Below are positions 1-8,735 of a stretch of 32,000 bases of DNA, piece by piece. Position 1 is the stretch's first letter. The number at the start of each line of letters is the position of its first letter. The stretch is from Thermodesulfobacteriota bacterium (lineage in GTDB: Bacteria > Desulfobacterota > WTBG01 > JAGOGO01): the NCBI GenBank assembly GCA_026625185.1, contig CP113000.1, forward strand, positions 1,785,622-1,817,621. The letters are read 5' to 3'. Made by a program: the position numbers and the translations under genes. Under the pieces are notes generated by a model. It did not search any database. It was not told where the DNA came from and was given only the letters and a program-made list of their open reading frames with translations.

Positions 1-1094
1 AAGCGGCCCGGTTAAAAGTAGGGGATCTCCACCCCGGGTCGCCGATTCTTAAGCCCCATTCGGTTTACAACCAAGATTACGCTGAAATCAATAAAACCTT
101 TGACAAAGCCGGGGCGGATAATTATTTGGTTTTTTTCCGGGGTAATCAGGAGTTTGCTTCCAAAGACCCGCAGGTGCTCAAAACCTTTGAGGCCATGGAC
201 CGATTCATGGCTTCCCGGCTGCCTGATATTTACGGTGGATCTGCCTCACTCGCCCCGATTGTGCGAAGGCTGAACAAAGAATTTCATGATGGAAATCCGC
301 TCTGGGATTTTATCCCTGGCCCGGATTTATGTAACACCATGCTTTTTCTTTTTCAGTCAAAAAGTGTTCCCGGGGATATGGACCGGTATGCTGACCCGAG
401 ATTTTACAACAGCAACATCCTCATGTTTTTTAAAAACCACACTGCGGATACCATTGACCGGATCAGCAAAAACATAAATGAGTTTTTTACCATTTACCCG
501 AAACAAATTGATAAGGGAGAATTTCTTCTCGCCGGCGGGGTTATCGGGATGGAGACGGCGGTAAATGAAGAGCTGGGAGTATCTCATGCGAGGATCGACA
601 GCACGATTCTCATTGCCATTTTTCTTTCGTGCTGTATAACCTACCGGTCTTTTTTGGCGGGATTCCTTTTGATTATCCCCCTGATTGTCTCTAACATTAT
701 TTCCTTTGGATTCATGGGGTTTTCCAAAATCGGCTTAACTATTAACACGCTTCCGGTTTCTGCTATCGGCGTGGGTGTGGGGGTTGACTTTGGGATTTAT
801 TTATACAGCCGGTATAAAGAAGAATACGCCAGAACAAAAGACTGGGTGACAACTATCGCGGTGGTATCGCAAACCACCGCTCTGGGAGTGCTTAATTCGG
901 CCCTTACCATGGTTTTACCCCTTTTGAGCTGGTTCTTTTTCTCGGGCTTACGGTTTCAGGCGCAGATGGGTTTCTTGTTAGCCTTACTTTTATCGGTAAA
1001 CATGTTTGCGGCCCTTACCCTGCATCCGGCTTTGGTTTATATTCTGAAGCCAAAATTTATCACCAATGCAAAAAATAAAGGGCCAGCCCATTGA
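1..1094 (+). CDS. RND/MMPL-family (sterol-sensing-domain type) membrane transporter, C-terminal part; 5' end lies outside the window
   Basis: The frame beginning at nt 3 is open from the window edge, so the TTG at 126 in the ORF track is not the true start. The C-terminal half has about 5 hydrophobic helices with the glycine-rich GVGVGVDFGIYL segment typical of MMPL/HpnN-like RND exporters. It is followed by DUF1302 and DUF1329 genes, the usual partners of this transporter type. Confidence 0.85.
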   Translation, partial: AARLKVGDLHPGSPILKPHSVYNQDYAEINKTFDKAGADNYLVFFRGNQEFASKDPQVLKTFEAMDRFMASRLPDIYGGSASLAPIVRRLNKEFHDGNPLWDFIPGPDLCNTMLFLFQSKSVPGDMDRYADPRFYNSNILMFFKNHTADTIDRISKNINEFFTIYPKQIDKGEFLLAGGVIGMETAVNEELGVSHARIDSTILIAIFLSCCITYRSFLAGFLLIIPLIVSNIISFGFMGFSKIGLTINTLPVSAIGVGVGVDFGIYLYSRYKEEYARTKDWVTTIAVVSQTTALGVLNSALTMVLPLLSWFFFSGLRFQAQMGFLLALLLSVNMFAALTLHPALVYILKPKFITNAKNKGPAH

Positions 1095-1326
1095 TGAGAA
1101 AAAAATGATTGCCCTAAAAAAAAGGAAACAGCGAGGAAAAATAGAAGGGGAGTGAATATTATATTTCATTATTATCTTGGAGAGGTTGGTTTAGAGTTTC
1201 ACCATTTCGGTTTATAACTCCAGAAGAACAGGATAATTTAAGTCTGATAGAGAAAGGAGGTGGCGAAGGCAAGAGAAAAAATTGCATGTTAACTTAGGTA
1301 ATAAAATAACTAAGGAGGCAGAAGAT

Positions 1327-3069
1327 ATGAGAAAAACAAGAAAATTTATTTTTAGCATGGTTCTGCTGCTGATGGTTTTATCATTCGCTCTTCCGGCAGC
1401 GGCCCAAATTTATAACGTGGGTGGCAAAGAAGTAACCGCGGATGGTTTTTTCCGCCAGGAGTTTCTTTTTAATACCAATGGCAACAGCAAATATAACACC
1501 AATCAAACCGGCTTAAACGGTGCCTACCAGATGTGGCTGGTGGATACCAACCTCAAATGGAACGATAACCTCGAATTTCGGGGAATCTTCCGGATGTGGG
1601 GCGACCTGGCCTATTATATGCTGAAAGATAATAATCACTTCCAGCACTTCTTTGCCGGTTCAGAACGACAACTTGCCTGGGATACCAACTGGGACCAGAT
1701 AGTCCGGGAGCTTTATTTTACCTATTCTAATGATAAGATTTTGTTCCGCGCCGGAAGACAGCAGATCGGCTGGGGAGAAGCGGACGGCCTGCGGGTCATG
1801 GATCTTATCAACCCGCTCGACGCCCGGCGGATGTTCCAGTTTTACGACACGGAAGGGTACGAGGAAGTCCGGATTCCGAAGCTGATTATCAAGACCGAAT
1901 TTTACACGGGCAATATCTGGAAATTTTACGACACCGCGGTTGAGCTTTACTGGAACCCCGGAGACATCAAGCGATTTGGCGATCTTTTACCACCCCATCT
2001 TGATGCCCAAAACAGACCTTGGGCAGAATGGGCTGACAAATTTGGTGTTGTAGCTCCTGGGGGGGTAACGAATCCTTCCTGGCCCAATGATATGGGTAAC
2101 CAGTGGGGAGCATGGGCGCCTCCGACCCCCTCAGCTCCGGTTCCGGTCCGGCTGTTTACCAAAGAAAAGGCTTTTAAAATCTCAAACTCCGAGTTCGGCA
2201 CCCGGATTAAGCTCAGTATTAAAGACACCTTTATCACCCTCAACTACTGGCGGGGGTGGGACACCTCTGACCATGAAATTATTAAGTCCCATAAGGGCGG
2301 AATCGGAGGGGGGTTAACGCACATTGATCCCCTGGGTAACAATCCCATTACTTTAGCTATGATAGGCGCTCCGGTTGCCGTATGGTTTAATAAGGTGCAG
2401 CCCCGGATGCAGGTCGTGGGCTTTACCTTGAGCCGCGAGCTTTTTGGCGTGGGTCCGTTGTTCTGCCAGGTGGCCAACCCGGTGCTCAGGATGGAAGGTC
2501 TTTACAGCTTTAACCAGACCTTTAATACCGAGGAAGGTATCTTTGACGGCCCCGGCCCTACCGGCTCCCCCCTTCCCCTGGCATTATTTAAGACTGTGAA
2601 GAGAGACCAGATCAGGTACATGGTCGGGTTTGACTGGAGCATGGACATACCCTGGAATTCGAGAAAATCCACGTTTGTGAGCGGCCAGTTTTTCCACATC
2701 TATACCCGCGGGAATCAGTTTGGGGATAAAAACCTTCTCCAGCTTGCTCCCTATGACTGGGTCTGGCCCAAAAACCAGTATTACATGACTTGGTTAATGA
2801 GGACCGAATACTTGAATGAACGGGTTGTGCCTTCAGTTCTCTATGTGCAGGATTTCCATACCCGGTCCGGATGGATAAAGAGCAAGCTCGATTTCAAAAT
2901 CGGTGATCACTGGCGGCCGGAAATCGGATACCTGTGCATCATGGCGAACCAGAACAATACCAGGGGACTTGATGGGTTTCCCCCCTTACAAGTACGTGAT
3001 AACCAGGAATCCTTTGGTTTGTTTGCTGACCGCGATACAGCGTGGGTCAGGATTCAGTACCAGTTCTAA
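1327..3069 (+). CDS. DUF1302-family outer-membrane beta-barrel protein
   Basis: ATG 1327 is preceded by TAAGGAGG (1311-1318). Signal peptide is MRKTRKFIFSMVLLLMVLSFALPAAAQ. The motif RAGRQQIGWGEADGLRVMDLINPLD matches the DUF1302 hallmark (RxGRQxxxWGE). The C-terminus ends in aromatic ...IQYQF, as in OMP barrels. Confidence 0.8.
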   Translation: MRKTRKFIFSMVLLLMVLSFALPAAAQIYNVGGKEVTADGFFRQEFLFNTNGNSKYNTNQTGLNGAYQMWLVDTNLKWNDNLEFRGIFRMWGDLAYYMLKDNNHFQHFFAGSERQLAWDTNWDQIVRELYFTYSNDKILFRAGRQQIGWGEADGLRVMDLINPLDARRMFQFYDTEGYEEVRIPKLIIKTEFYTGNIWKFYDTAVELYWNPGDIKRFGDLLPPHLDAQNRPWAEWADKFGVVAPGGVTNPSWPNDMGNQWGAWAPPTPSAPVPVRLFTKEKAFKISNSEFGTRIKLSIKDTFITLNYWRGWDTSDHEIIKSHKGGIGGGLTHIDPLGNNPITLAMIGAPVAVWFNKVQPRMQVVGFTLSRELFGVGPLFCQVANPVLRMEGLYSFNQTFNTEEGIFDGPGPTGSPLPLALFKTVKRDQIRYMVGFDWSMDIPWNSRKSTFVSGQFFHIYTRGNQFGDKNLLQLAPYDWVWPKNQYYMTWLMRTEYLNERVVPSVLYVQDFHTRSGWIKSKLDFKIGDHWRPEIGYLCIMANQNNTRGLDGFPPLQVRDNQESFGLFADRDTAWVRIQYQF

Positions 3070-3155
3070 CCGAAAAAACACGTAAGGTGGCGGTATCACT
3101 GCCGCCGCCTTATATTCAAAACAAAATAACCAACCTGAAGTGGAGGATAATTATT

Positions 3156-4493
3156 ATGACTTGGGAGAATAAAAAAATACCATTTGCTGTTTTATCCATT
3201 ATCGTTGGTGTTGTTTTTTGTATCACTTCTTCAGCCTATTGCTGGCAAACCAAAGATCCCAAACTGGCGGAAGACTATGCCAAGATGCTGGGATTTAAGG
3301 TTAAGGATAAAGTGGGCAAGGTAGCGCCGGAGATAAAACCCGGCATGACGATTGACGGAACCAATTATAAATTATATCCTGGTATGGCTGAGCTTTTACC
3401 AAAAAGCTTATACAGCCGGTTGGATCCAAAGTCGTATGCGCCGTTGGCTCCCATTAAGATCAAGGAGACTGATCAGTACCATCTCGGGAGAGGGTGGATG
3501 GATAAATCCATGCAGACGGAAAAGACCATAAAAATTGCCGCTGACGGCCTGACCCTCGAAGGTTATATGGGGGGTTATCCCTTTTTGCATCCCAAAAATG
3601 GGGTTGAGCTGATCCAGTGGGCGGATAACGACTACATAGGCGATACTTTTGCGATGCGGCCCATGCGCCTGCGCCTTTACGGCCGTGACAATAAGCCTGA
3701 ACGCGAGCTGCGGCAGCATTTAAACGTTGTGCGCTATACGGGTTGCACCGACTGGAGACCAGAGGGGATCCAGCCAAATCCGGAGCAGATTAACTATGTG
3801 ATATCCGGAACCTTTATTTTTCCTAAAGACATTTCCGGAACCTCTTACGTCCGGAAACGGTTTATCCCCGCCAACCGGCCGGATGAGTTTCTTCTGTTTA
3901 TCGCTACCATGAGGAGGATTCGAAGGATGTCCGGGCGGGATACCCAGGACCCATTGTTTGGTTCCGACCTGGTGTGGGATGACTTCAATTGTGACTGGCA
4001 AAAATATTCAACCACAGATTTTCCGAATGATTATAAAATGCTGCCGCCACGGGAAATGCTGATTCCCACCTATATTGACTACGACTGGCCGAATGACCGG
4101 GCGTCAAGCGGTTTTAAGGATTATAATGTTGACGAATCCGGCGAACAAACATATCTCAACTTTGGCTCCTGGCAGCGGCGGTGGGTTTATCCTTGTGAAG
4201 TGATCAGCAAAGATCCGGGCTATTTGTATAGCAGAAAAATACTGATGGAGGAGCCGGAGACCTGTATGATACCTCAGACCGACAGGTACGATCAGGCTGG
4301 TCGTCTTTGGAGGTCCTGGGTTCGGGATTGTAACCTTTCACAGAACGGTGTGGGGTACATGGAAGATTTGATCGACATTGTTGACCATATCAATCATCAC
4401 CGAACTATCCTTGACTTCAAAGGCCATAAGAATCCTTTATGGATGGGCACTGATTATGCTGATTTGCGTTTCCTTTCCAAGAAGGCAAAATAA
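3156..4493 (+). CDS. DUF1329-family (LolA-like, outer membrane lipoprotein-sorting-like) periplasmic protein
   Basis: I chose the internal ATG 3156, which has a GGAGGA SD at 3142-3147, rather than the track start at 3042, which overlaps the upstream gene. There is an N-terminal signal/anchor helix. The motif DEFLLFIATMRRIRRMSGRDTQDPLFGSDLVWDDF matches the conserved P-x-RRVRR...D.F.GSD...DD core of this family. Confidence 0.8.
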   Translation: MTWENKKIPFAVLSIIVGVVFCITSSAYCWQTKDPKLAEDYAKMLGFKVKDKVGKVAPEIKPGMTIDGTNYKLYPGMAELLPKSLYSRLDPKSYAPLAPIKIKETDQYHLGRGWMDKSMQTEKTIKIAADGLTLEGYMGGYPFLHPKNGVELIQWADNDYIGDTFAMRPMRLRLYGRDNKPERELRQHLNVVRYTGCTDWRPEGIQPNPEQINYVISGTFIFPKDISGTSYVRKRFIPANRPDEFLLFIATMRRIRRMSGRDTQDPLFGSDLVWDDFNCDWQKYSTTDFPNDYKMLPPREMLIPTYIDYDWPNDRASSGFKDYNVDESGEQTYLNFGSWQRRWVYPCEVISKDPGYLYSRKILMEEPETCMIPQTDRYDQAGRLWRSWVRDCNLSQNGVGYMEDLIDIVDHINHHRTILDFKGHKNPLWMGTDYADLRFLSKKAK

Positions 4494-4505
4494 AAACTTT
4501 TTCTT

Positions 4506-4561
4506 CTGAAAAACAAAAACCCTTTCATTTTTCAACAGAAGAAAGGGTTTTTGTTTTTCAG
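4506..4561. terminator. Bidirectional rho-independent terminator
   Basis: Perfect 21-nt inverted repeat CTGAAAAACAAAAACCCTTTC (4506-4526) / GAAAGGGTTTTTGTTTTTCAG (4541-4561). The GC core is CCCTTTC/GAAAGGG, with T-runs on the 3' side on both strands. It starts 13 nt after the DUF1329 stop. Confidence 0.65.
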
Positions 4562-4641
4562 GAAGAAGCGTTAATAAATCGCAAGGACCAGCAGGCACGA
4601 ATAAGGGTTCAGGCACCACCCGGATTGGCGATCCAAAGAAA

Positions 4642-4831
4642 ACGGCTTCGTAAAAAGTCCCGCCTTACGGCGGGGGATAAAGAACTGAAGCGCGCCATCT
4701 GCTGCGTTGCGCTTCATCCTCAGTCATTGCGGCGTACAGGTAAGTACGCCGCATTCCGTCGGATTTGTGCGCCTTGCATCTGAAGCTTTTTACTGTGCCG
4801 TCTGATTTTCGACTTTTTACGGCTTCATCAA
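4642..4831. repeat. MITE-like intergenic element, copy 1 (FYGFIK-type terminus)
   Basis: Bounded by inverted termini CGTAAAAAGTC (4649-4659) and GACTTTTTACG (4811-4821). The right end TTTTTACGGCTTCATCAA (4814-4831) is identical over 18 nt to 24506-24523. The interior has GC hairpins CCCGCC-ttac-GGCGGG (4659-4674) and GCGGCGTAC-aggtaa-GTACGCCGC (about 4729-4752). Confidence 0.55.
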
Positions 4832-4956
4832 AGAAAGGCGGTTAAAAAACTGTTTTTGCGGCTCCCCAAGCAAAACCCAATGTACCCACCGACAACCGCT
4901 AACGCTGGTGGAGTGGATAAAAAAACAGGCTTTGATTTGGCGTTGAAATCAGCTTT

Positions 4957-5574
4957 TTACTTCTTTACCGTAACCGTAGCTTTCCCGTAAGTGTGGGAAA
5001 GACCCTTAGAAGGTGTAGTAGCAGTGATGGTAGCCTCGCCGGGGGTGATGGCGGTAATGTTACCCAGGTCATCGACAAAGACAACTTTGTCGTCCGAAGA
5101 AGCCCAACCCACCACTTGGTCTTCGAAAGGTTCGTTTCTCTCATTAAGCACTTTGGCTTCCATCTCATGTTTCTCACCCACTTTCAGCTCCAAATGTTCG
5201 GGTTCAACTTTAATGGCCGCAAGAATTGAGACCTTACACTGGATGACAAAATTGGCATCAGTGTTCGGAGAGGTCAAAGTTATTACCGAGTTGCCTGAGC
5301 CTTTGGCGGTTAGCAAGCCCGTATTAGAAACCTCAACCACCGCGGGATTGGAGCTTACCCACAGCACGACGGCATTGGGTACTGGTTTATTTTCCTTGTC
5401 AAGGGCGACCGCTTTGACCTGGAAAGTTTCCCCAAGTTTGTTTAATTCTATTTCTCTGGGTTGCGCACTGAGCCAGCTTACTTTGGGAGAACACCCCTGG
5501 AAAAGAAGCGTGATAATAAGAGCAAAAAAAAACACGATAGGCATTGTTTTTTGTTCTTTGCCGACTTTTCTCAT
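4957..5574 (-). CDS. Lipoprotein with two bacterial Ig-like (Big_2) domains
   Basis: ATG 5574 is preceded by an AGGAGG SD on the minus strand. Lipobox is LLFQGC. There are two repeats of the Big_2 pattern (SSNPAVVEVSNTGLLTAKGSGNSVITLTS; SSDDKVVFVDDLGNITAITPGEATITATT). Confidence 0.8.
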   Translation of the reverse strand: MRKVGKEQKTMPIVFFFALIITLLFQGCSPKVSWLSAQPREIELNKLGETFQVKAVALDKENKPVPNAVVLWVSSNPAVVEVSNTGLLTAKGSGNSVITLTSPNTDANFVIQCKVSILAAIKVEPEHLELKVGEKHEMEAKVLNERNEPFEDQVVGWASSDDKVVFVDDLGNITAITPGEATITATTPSKGLSHTYGKATVTVKK

Positions 5575-5758
5575 AGCTGCCTCCTTGACATTTAAAACCC
5601 ATTGATAAGACAATATTATCCTACAGTGAAAATTATTATGCCAGAACACAGTAAAAGCAAATATTTTTATTTAAGGAGCCTTTAAATTTTCTCGGGTAAA
5701 AATTGGCATCTCTTAAAACTCTGCTGGTCACCTCTTGCCTGGTTAATTTTTAAACTCT

Positions 5759-7153
5759 TTATTCTCGAAAAGGGAAATGCAATATAAAAGTAGTCCCTTT
5801 TCCGTAATCATTTTTAACCAGGATTGTCCCGTGATGATGGAGCATAATTTTATGAGTTATGGACAAGCCCAATCCCAGTCCTTTCTCTTTTGTGGTAAAA
5901 AAAGGATTAAAAATATTGCCGATTATTTTTGGCATTATTCCTCCTCCGGTGTCTTCTACTTCAACGATCACCATTTTATCGTCTTCGGAAAAGCAAGATT
6001 TAAACTTTAAATACCCCCCGGCGGTCATTGCTTGTCGGGCATTTGCAATCAAGTTAATAAAAACCTGTTTTATCTGGGGATAATCGCAAAATACGAGGGG
6101 AAGGTTTGGGTTTAATTCCTTGATGACATTAATGTTATCTTGCCTAAGTTCATCTGAGAAGACATGAAGACTATCCTCAACGATCTGATTTAGATTATAG
6201 GGTAAAAGATTCAAAAAAGGTTCCTTAGAAAACACCAAAACCTGGTTAAGGATAGCTTCCAACCGATCAACTTCTTTAACGATGATTTCCAGAAATTCCT
6301 TTTCTTTATCAAATTGATGGGACCGACAAAGCCTGCGCGCGAATCCGCCAATAGAAACCAGAGGGGTGCGGATTTCGTGCGCGATACTGGCCGACATTTC
6401 TCCGATCGCCACAAGTTTCTCCGCATGTAACATCTGTTCTTGAGCCTCTCTGAGCTCTTGATGAGCAAGCTCCATCGTTTGGTAAAGGCGGGAGTTTTCT
6501 ATCGCCATTCCGGCCTGGCTGGCAAAAATAGTCAGCATCTTTATATCTTCTTCACTGATGGGCTTATTGTTATAGATGTTATCTACCTTGATTACTCCGG
6601 TTGCTTGGCCTTTCGCAATAATTGGTACGGTTGCAAAAGGCCCACCGCCTACCTTGGAATATATATTTTCCCAGATAAAGGTGTCTTCTTTTTCATCACT
6701 GACATTGAAATAGGTTTTTTCCAAAACCGTTCGCGCCAGAATCCCGCCGTCAATAGGATGCAAAGGCACAATAATACTTTTGCATATCTCATCAACCCTT
6801 GATCTAACTTTAGATAAAATTCGTTCAGGAGAAAGCACCCACTCCAAAAGCCCCACTTTTTTCTGCGCAAATTCATTCCAGATTCGCCGCGCATCTTCAG
6901 CGCTCTCAGGACCCATTCCGATCATGCCTTCGAGCGTGTGAGCGCTGTGATTTACTAAAAACAACATGGCTCGGTTAAAACCAAAACCACCTTCCATTGT
7001 AACAGCAGTAATGATAATATGGAGCAAATCATCAAGCTTGATGGTGGTCATCATTGCTTGGCTGGTTTCGTGGAGGAGGGAAAGCTTTAGGACAAGTTCA
7101 GTTTGCTCTGGGGGTAGGCTTTTTGGAGATAGACCGAGATATGCTTTTCTCAC
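5759..7153 (-). CDS. Cytoplasmic GAF-domain sensor histidine kinase
   Basis: GTG start at 7153. N-terminal GAF-like region, H-box SIAHEIRTPL, then N and G boxes (NLIANARQAM, DTGGGI, GLGLGLS). Confidence 0.9.
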   Translation of the reverse strand: MRKAYLGLSPKSLPPEQTELVLKLSLLHETSQAMMTTIKLDDLLHIIITAVTMEGGFGFNRAMLFLVNHSAHTLEGMIGMGPESAEDARRIWNEFAQKKVGLLEWVLSPERILSKVRSRVDEICKSIIVPLHPIDGGILARTVLEKTYFNVSDEKEDTFIWENIYSKVGGGPFATVPIIAKGQATGVIKVDNIYNNKPISEEDIKMLTIFASQAGMAIENSRLYQTMELAHQELREAQEQMLHAEKLVAIGEMSASIAHEIRTPLVSIGGFARRLCRSHQFDKEKEFLEIIVKEVDRLEAILNQVLVFSKEPFLNLLPYNLNQIVEDSLHVFSDELRQDNINVIKELNPNLPLVFCDYPQIKQVFINLIANARQAMTAGGYLKFKSCFSEDDKMVIVEVEDTGGGIMPKIIGNIFNPFFTTKEKGLGLGLSITHKIMLHHHGTILVKNDYGKGTTFILHFPFRE

Positions 7154-7359
7154 GTTAAAAAATTTCCTTTCCCATCCAAGGGTGGAATTTCGTTCGTGCG
7201 GTAATCCTCCTGGAATACCCTTTTAAAACCATGGTGATTAGTTTTTGTGGTTACCTTCAATAACGTGCTTACAACCCTCACAAAAACCGAGTATAATATT
7301 GATTATAATTTATAGGGAATTTTGAAGAAATGAATTTACATATAAAAGAGTCAATGAGG

Positions 7360-7722
7360 TTAACTGCCCAAAAGTCTTTCTTGGTTCTCCTGCTCTGCCT
7401 TACAATCAATACAAAAGGTGGTTACCGGCCGCGCTTTTAATCGCTCCTCGGAAATATCTTCGCCACATCTCTCGCAGATACCAAAAGTGCTGTTTTCTAC
7501 CCGCTCTAAAGCCTTCTCAATTTTCCCAATTAATTTTCTTTCCCGGTCCCGGATCCGAAGAAGAAAATTACGGTCTGATTCGAGGGAAGCGCGGTCAACC
7601 GGGTCAGGGAACAACTCGCCTTTATCACTCATGGTTTTAACGGTGACGCCTGCTTCTACTAAAAGATCAGCGAGTTGCTTTTGGAGGAGGTTTTTAAAAT
7701 ATGCAAGTTTTTCTTTGTCCAT
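7360..7722 (-). CDS. dksA: DksA/TraR-family C4 zinc-finger RNA polymerase-binding regulator
   Basis: 120 aa with a coiled-coil N-terminal part and CERCGEDISEERLKARPVTTFCIDCK (CxxC-x17-CxxC). Confidence 0.9.
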   Translation of the reverse strand: MDKEKLAYFKNLLQKQLADLLVEAGVTVKTMSDKGELFPDPVDRASLESDRNFLLRIRDRERKLIGKIEKALERVENSTFGICERCGEDISEERLKARPVTTFCIDCKAEQENQERLLGS

Positions 7723-7762
7723 CGTATCTGCTCAAAGGGCCAAGCCTAAGTTTTAAATATTT

Positions 7763-7791
7763 ATAATAGCGATATCTATTTTTGTTGTAAA
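7763..7791 (-). promoter_or_regulatory. Candidate sigma-70 promoter for dksA
   Basis: The minus strand reads TTTACA-N17-TATTAT (plus-strand TGTAAA 7786-7791, ATAATA 7763-7768), about 40 nt upstream of the dksA ATG. Confidence 0.45.
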
Positions 7792-7841
7792 GGAATATTT
7801 TGCCGCACTTGAGGCCCTGCTTTCCCCGCCGGTAAAGAAGC

Positions 7842-8735
7842 TTAAGAGACTAACGATTGTTTGATTCTGGCCTCTTTTTGGGTCCAATTTTTTTTAACTG
7901 TTACCCAAAGTTCCAAGTAAACCTTGGTGTGCAATAAATTCTCAATCTCCTTCCGGGCTCTTTTGCCGATTTCCTTGAGCATCTTGCCATCCTTGCCAAT
8001 CGTGATTCCTTTTTGGGATATTTTTTCAACCCAAATGGTGGCCCGGATAAAGATTATGCCGTGTTTTCGTTCATTAAATTCCTCAATCGTTACGGCAATC
8101 GAATAGGGAATTTCTTGCTGCAGCAGAACAAAAATTTTTTCTCGTATAATTTCTGCTGCCATGAATCTTTCGGTTTGGTCGGTAAACAGGTCATCCGGGT
8201 AATATTTCGGGCCTTCAGGAAGATAACTTAACAAAAAATTTTCCAGTTGCTCTACGCCTGAACCATGAAGCGCAGAAATAGGCACTATCTCCCGGAAGGG
8301 GATTATCTCTTGATAGGCATCAATTAAGGGTAATAACGTTTGTTTTTCGACCAGGTCAATTTTATTGATTAATAAAAAAACCGGTTTTTCGAAATTTTTT
8401 AAGCATTCAACAACAAAAAGAAATTCATCTTGTGGGATGGCCTGAGTTGCCTCAACCATCACGAGAACAAGATCACTTTCTCGAAACGCTGTTTGCGCGG
8501 TCTGAACTAAATAACGATTAAATTTTTTCTTGGTGTGATGAATCCCAGGAGTATCAACAAAAATCAATTGAGCCCCCGGCAGGTTTTTAATTCCCAGGAT
8601 GCGGTTCCGGGTGGTTTGAGGTTTAGGGGTAACAATTGAAATTTTTTCCCCAATTAGGGTATTGAGGAGGGTAGATTTACCGACATTAGGAGGGCCGATA
8701 ATCCCAATAAAACCGGATTTAAAGGGGACAGTCAT
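7842..8735 (-). CDS. era: GTPase Era
   Basis: G1 GPPNVGKST, G3 DTPG, G4 NKID, and a C-terminal KH domain. The start overlaps the purB stop in ATGA (8732-8735). Confidence 0.95.
   Translation of the reverse strand: MTVPFKSGFIGIIGPPNVGKSTLLNTLIGEKISIVTPKPQTTRNRILGIKNLPGAQLIFVDTPGIHHTKKKFNRYLVQTAQTAFRESDLVLVMVEATQAIPQDEFLFVVECLKNFEKPVFLLINKIDLVEKQTLLPLIDAYQEIIPFREIVPISALHGSGVEQLENFLLSYLPEGPKYYPDDLFTDQTERFMAAEIIREKIFVLLQQEIPYSIAVTIEEFNERKHGIIFIRATIWVEKISQKGITIGKDGKMLKEIGKRARKEIENLLHTKVYLELWVTVKKNWTQKEARIKQSLVS

Noticed and set aside
3042-3155. 5' extension of the DUF1329 ORF overlapping the end of the DUF1302 gene
   Set aside because: The extension has no SD and no signal peptide. The internal ATG 3156 has GGAGGA at ideal spacing and is followed directly by the signal/anchor helix.
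1947-4001. Multiple 60-105-aa antisense or out-of-frame ORFs within the DUF1302 and DUF1329 genes, with similar ones inside purB, hisD, cca, pilR and pilY1
   Set aside because: All are nested within longer ORFs that carry clear family motifs. None has a convincing SD or a recognisable motif.
4991-5605. 204-aa plus-strand ORF antisense to the Big_2 lipoprotein gene
   Set aside because: It has an S/T/A-rich low-complexity translation, no SD and complete overlap with a gene that has clear domain signatures. This is a typical shadow ORF.
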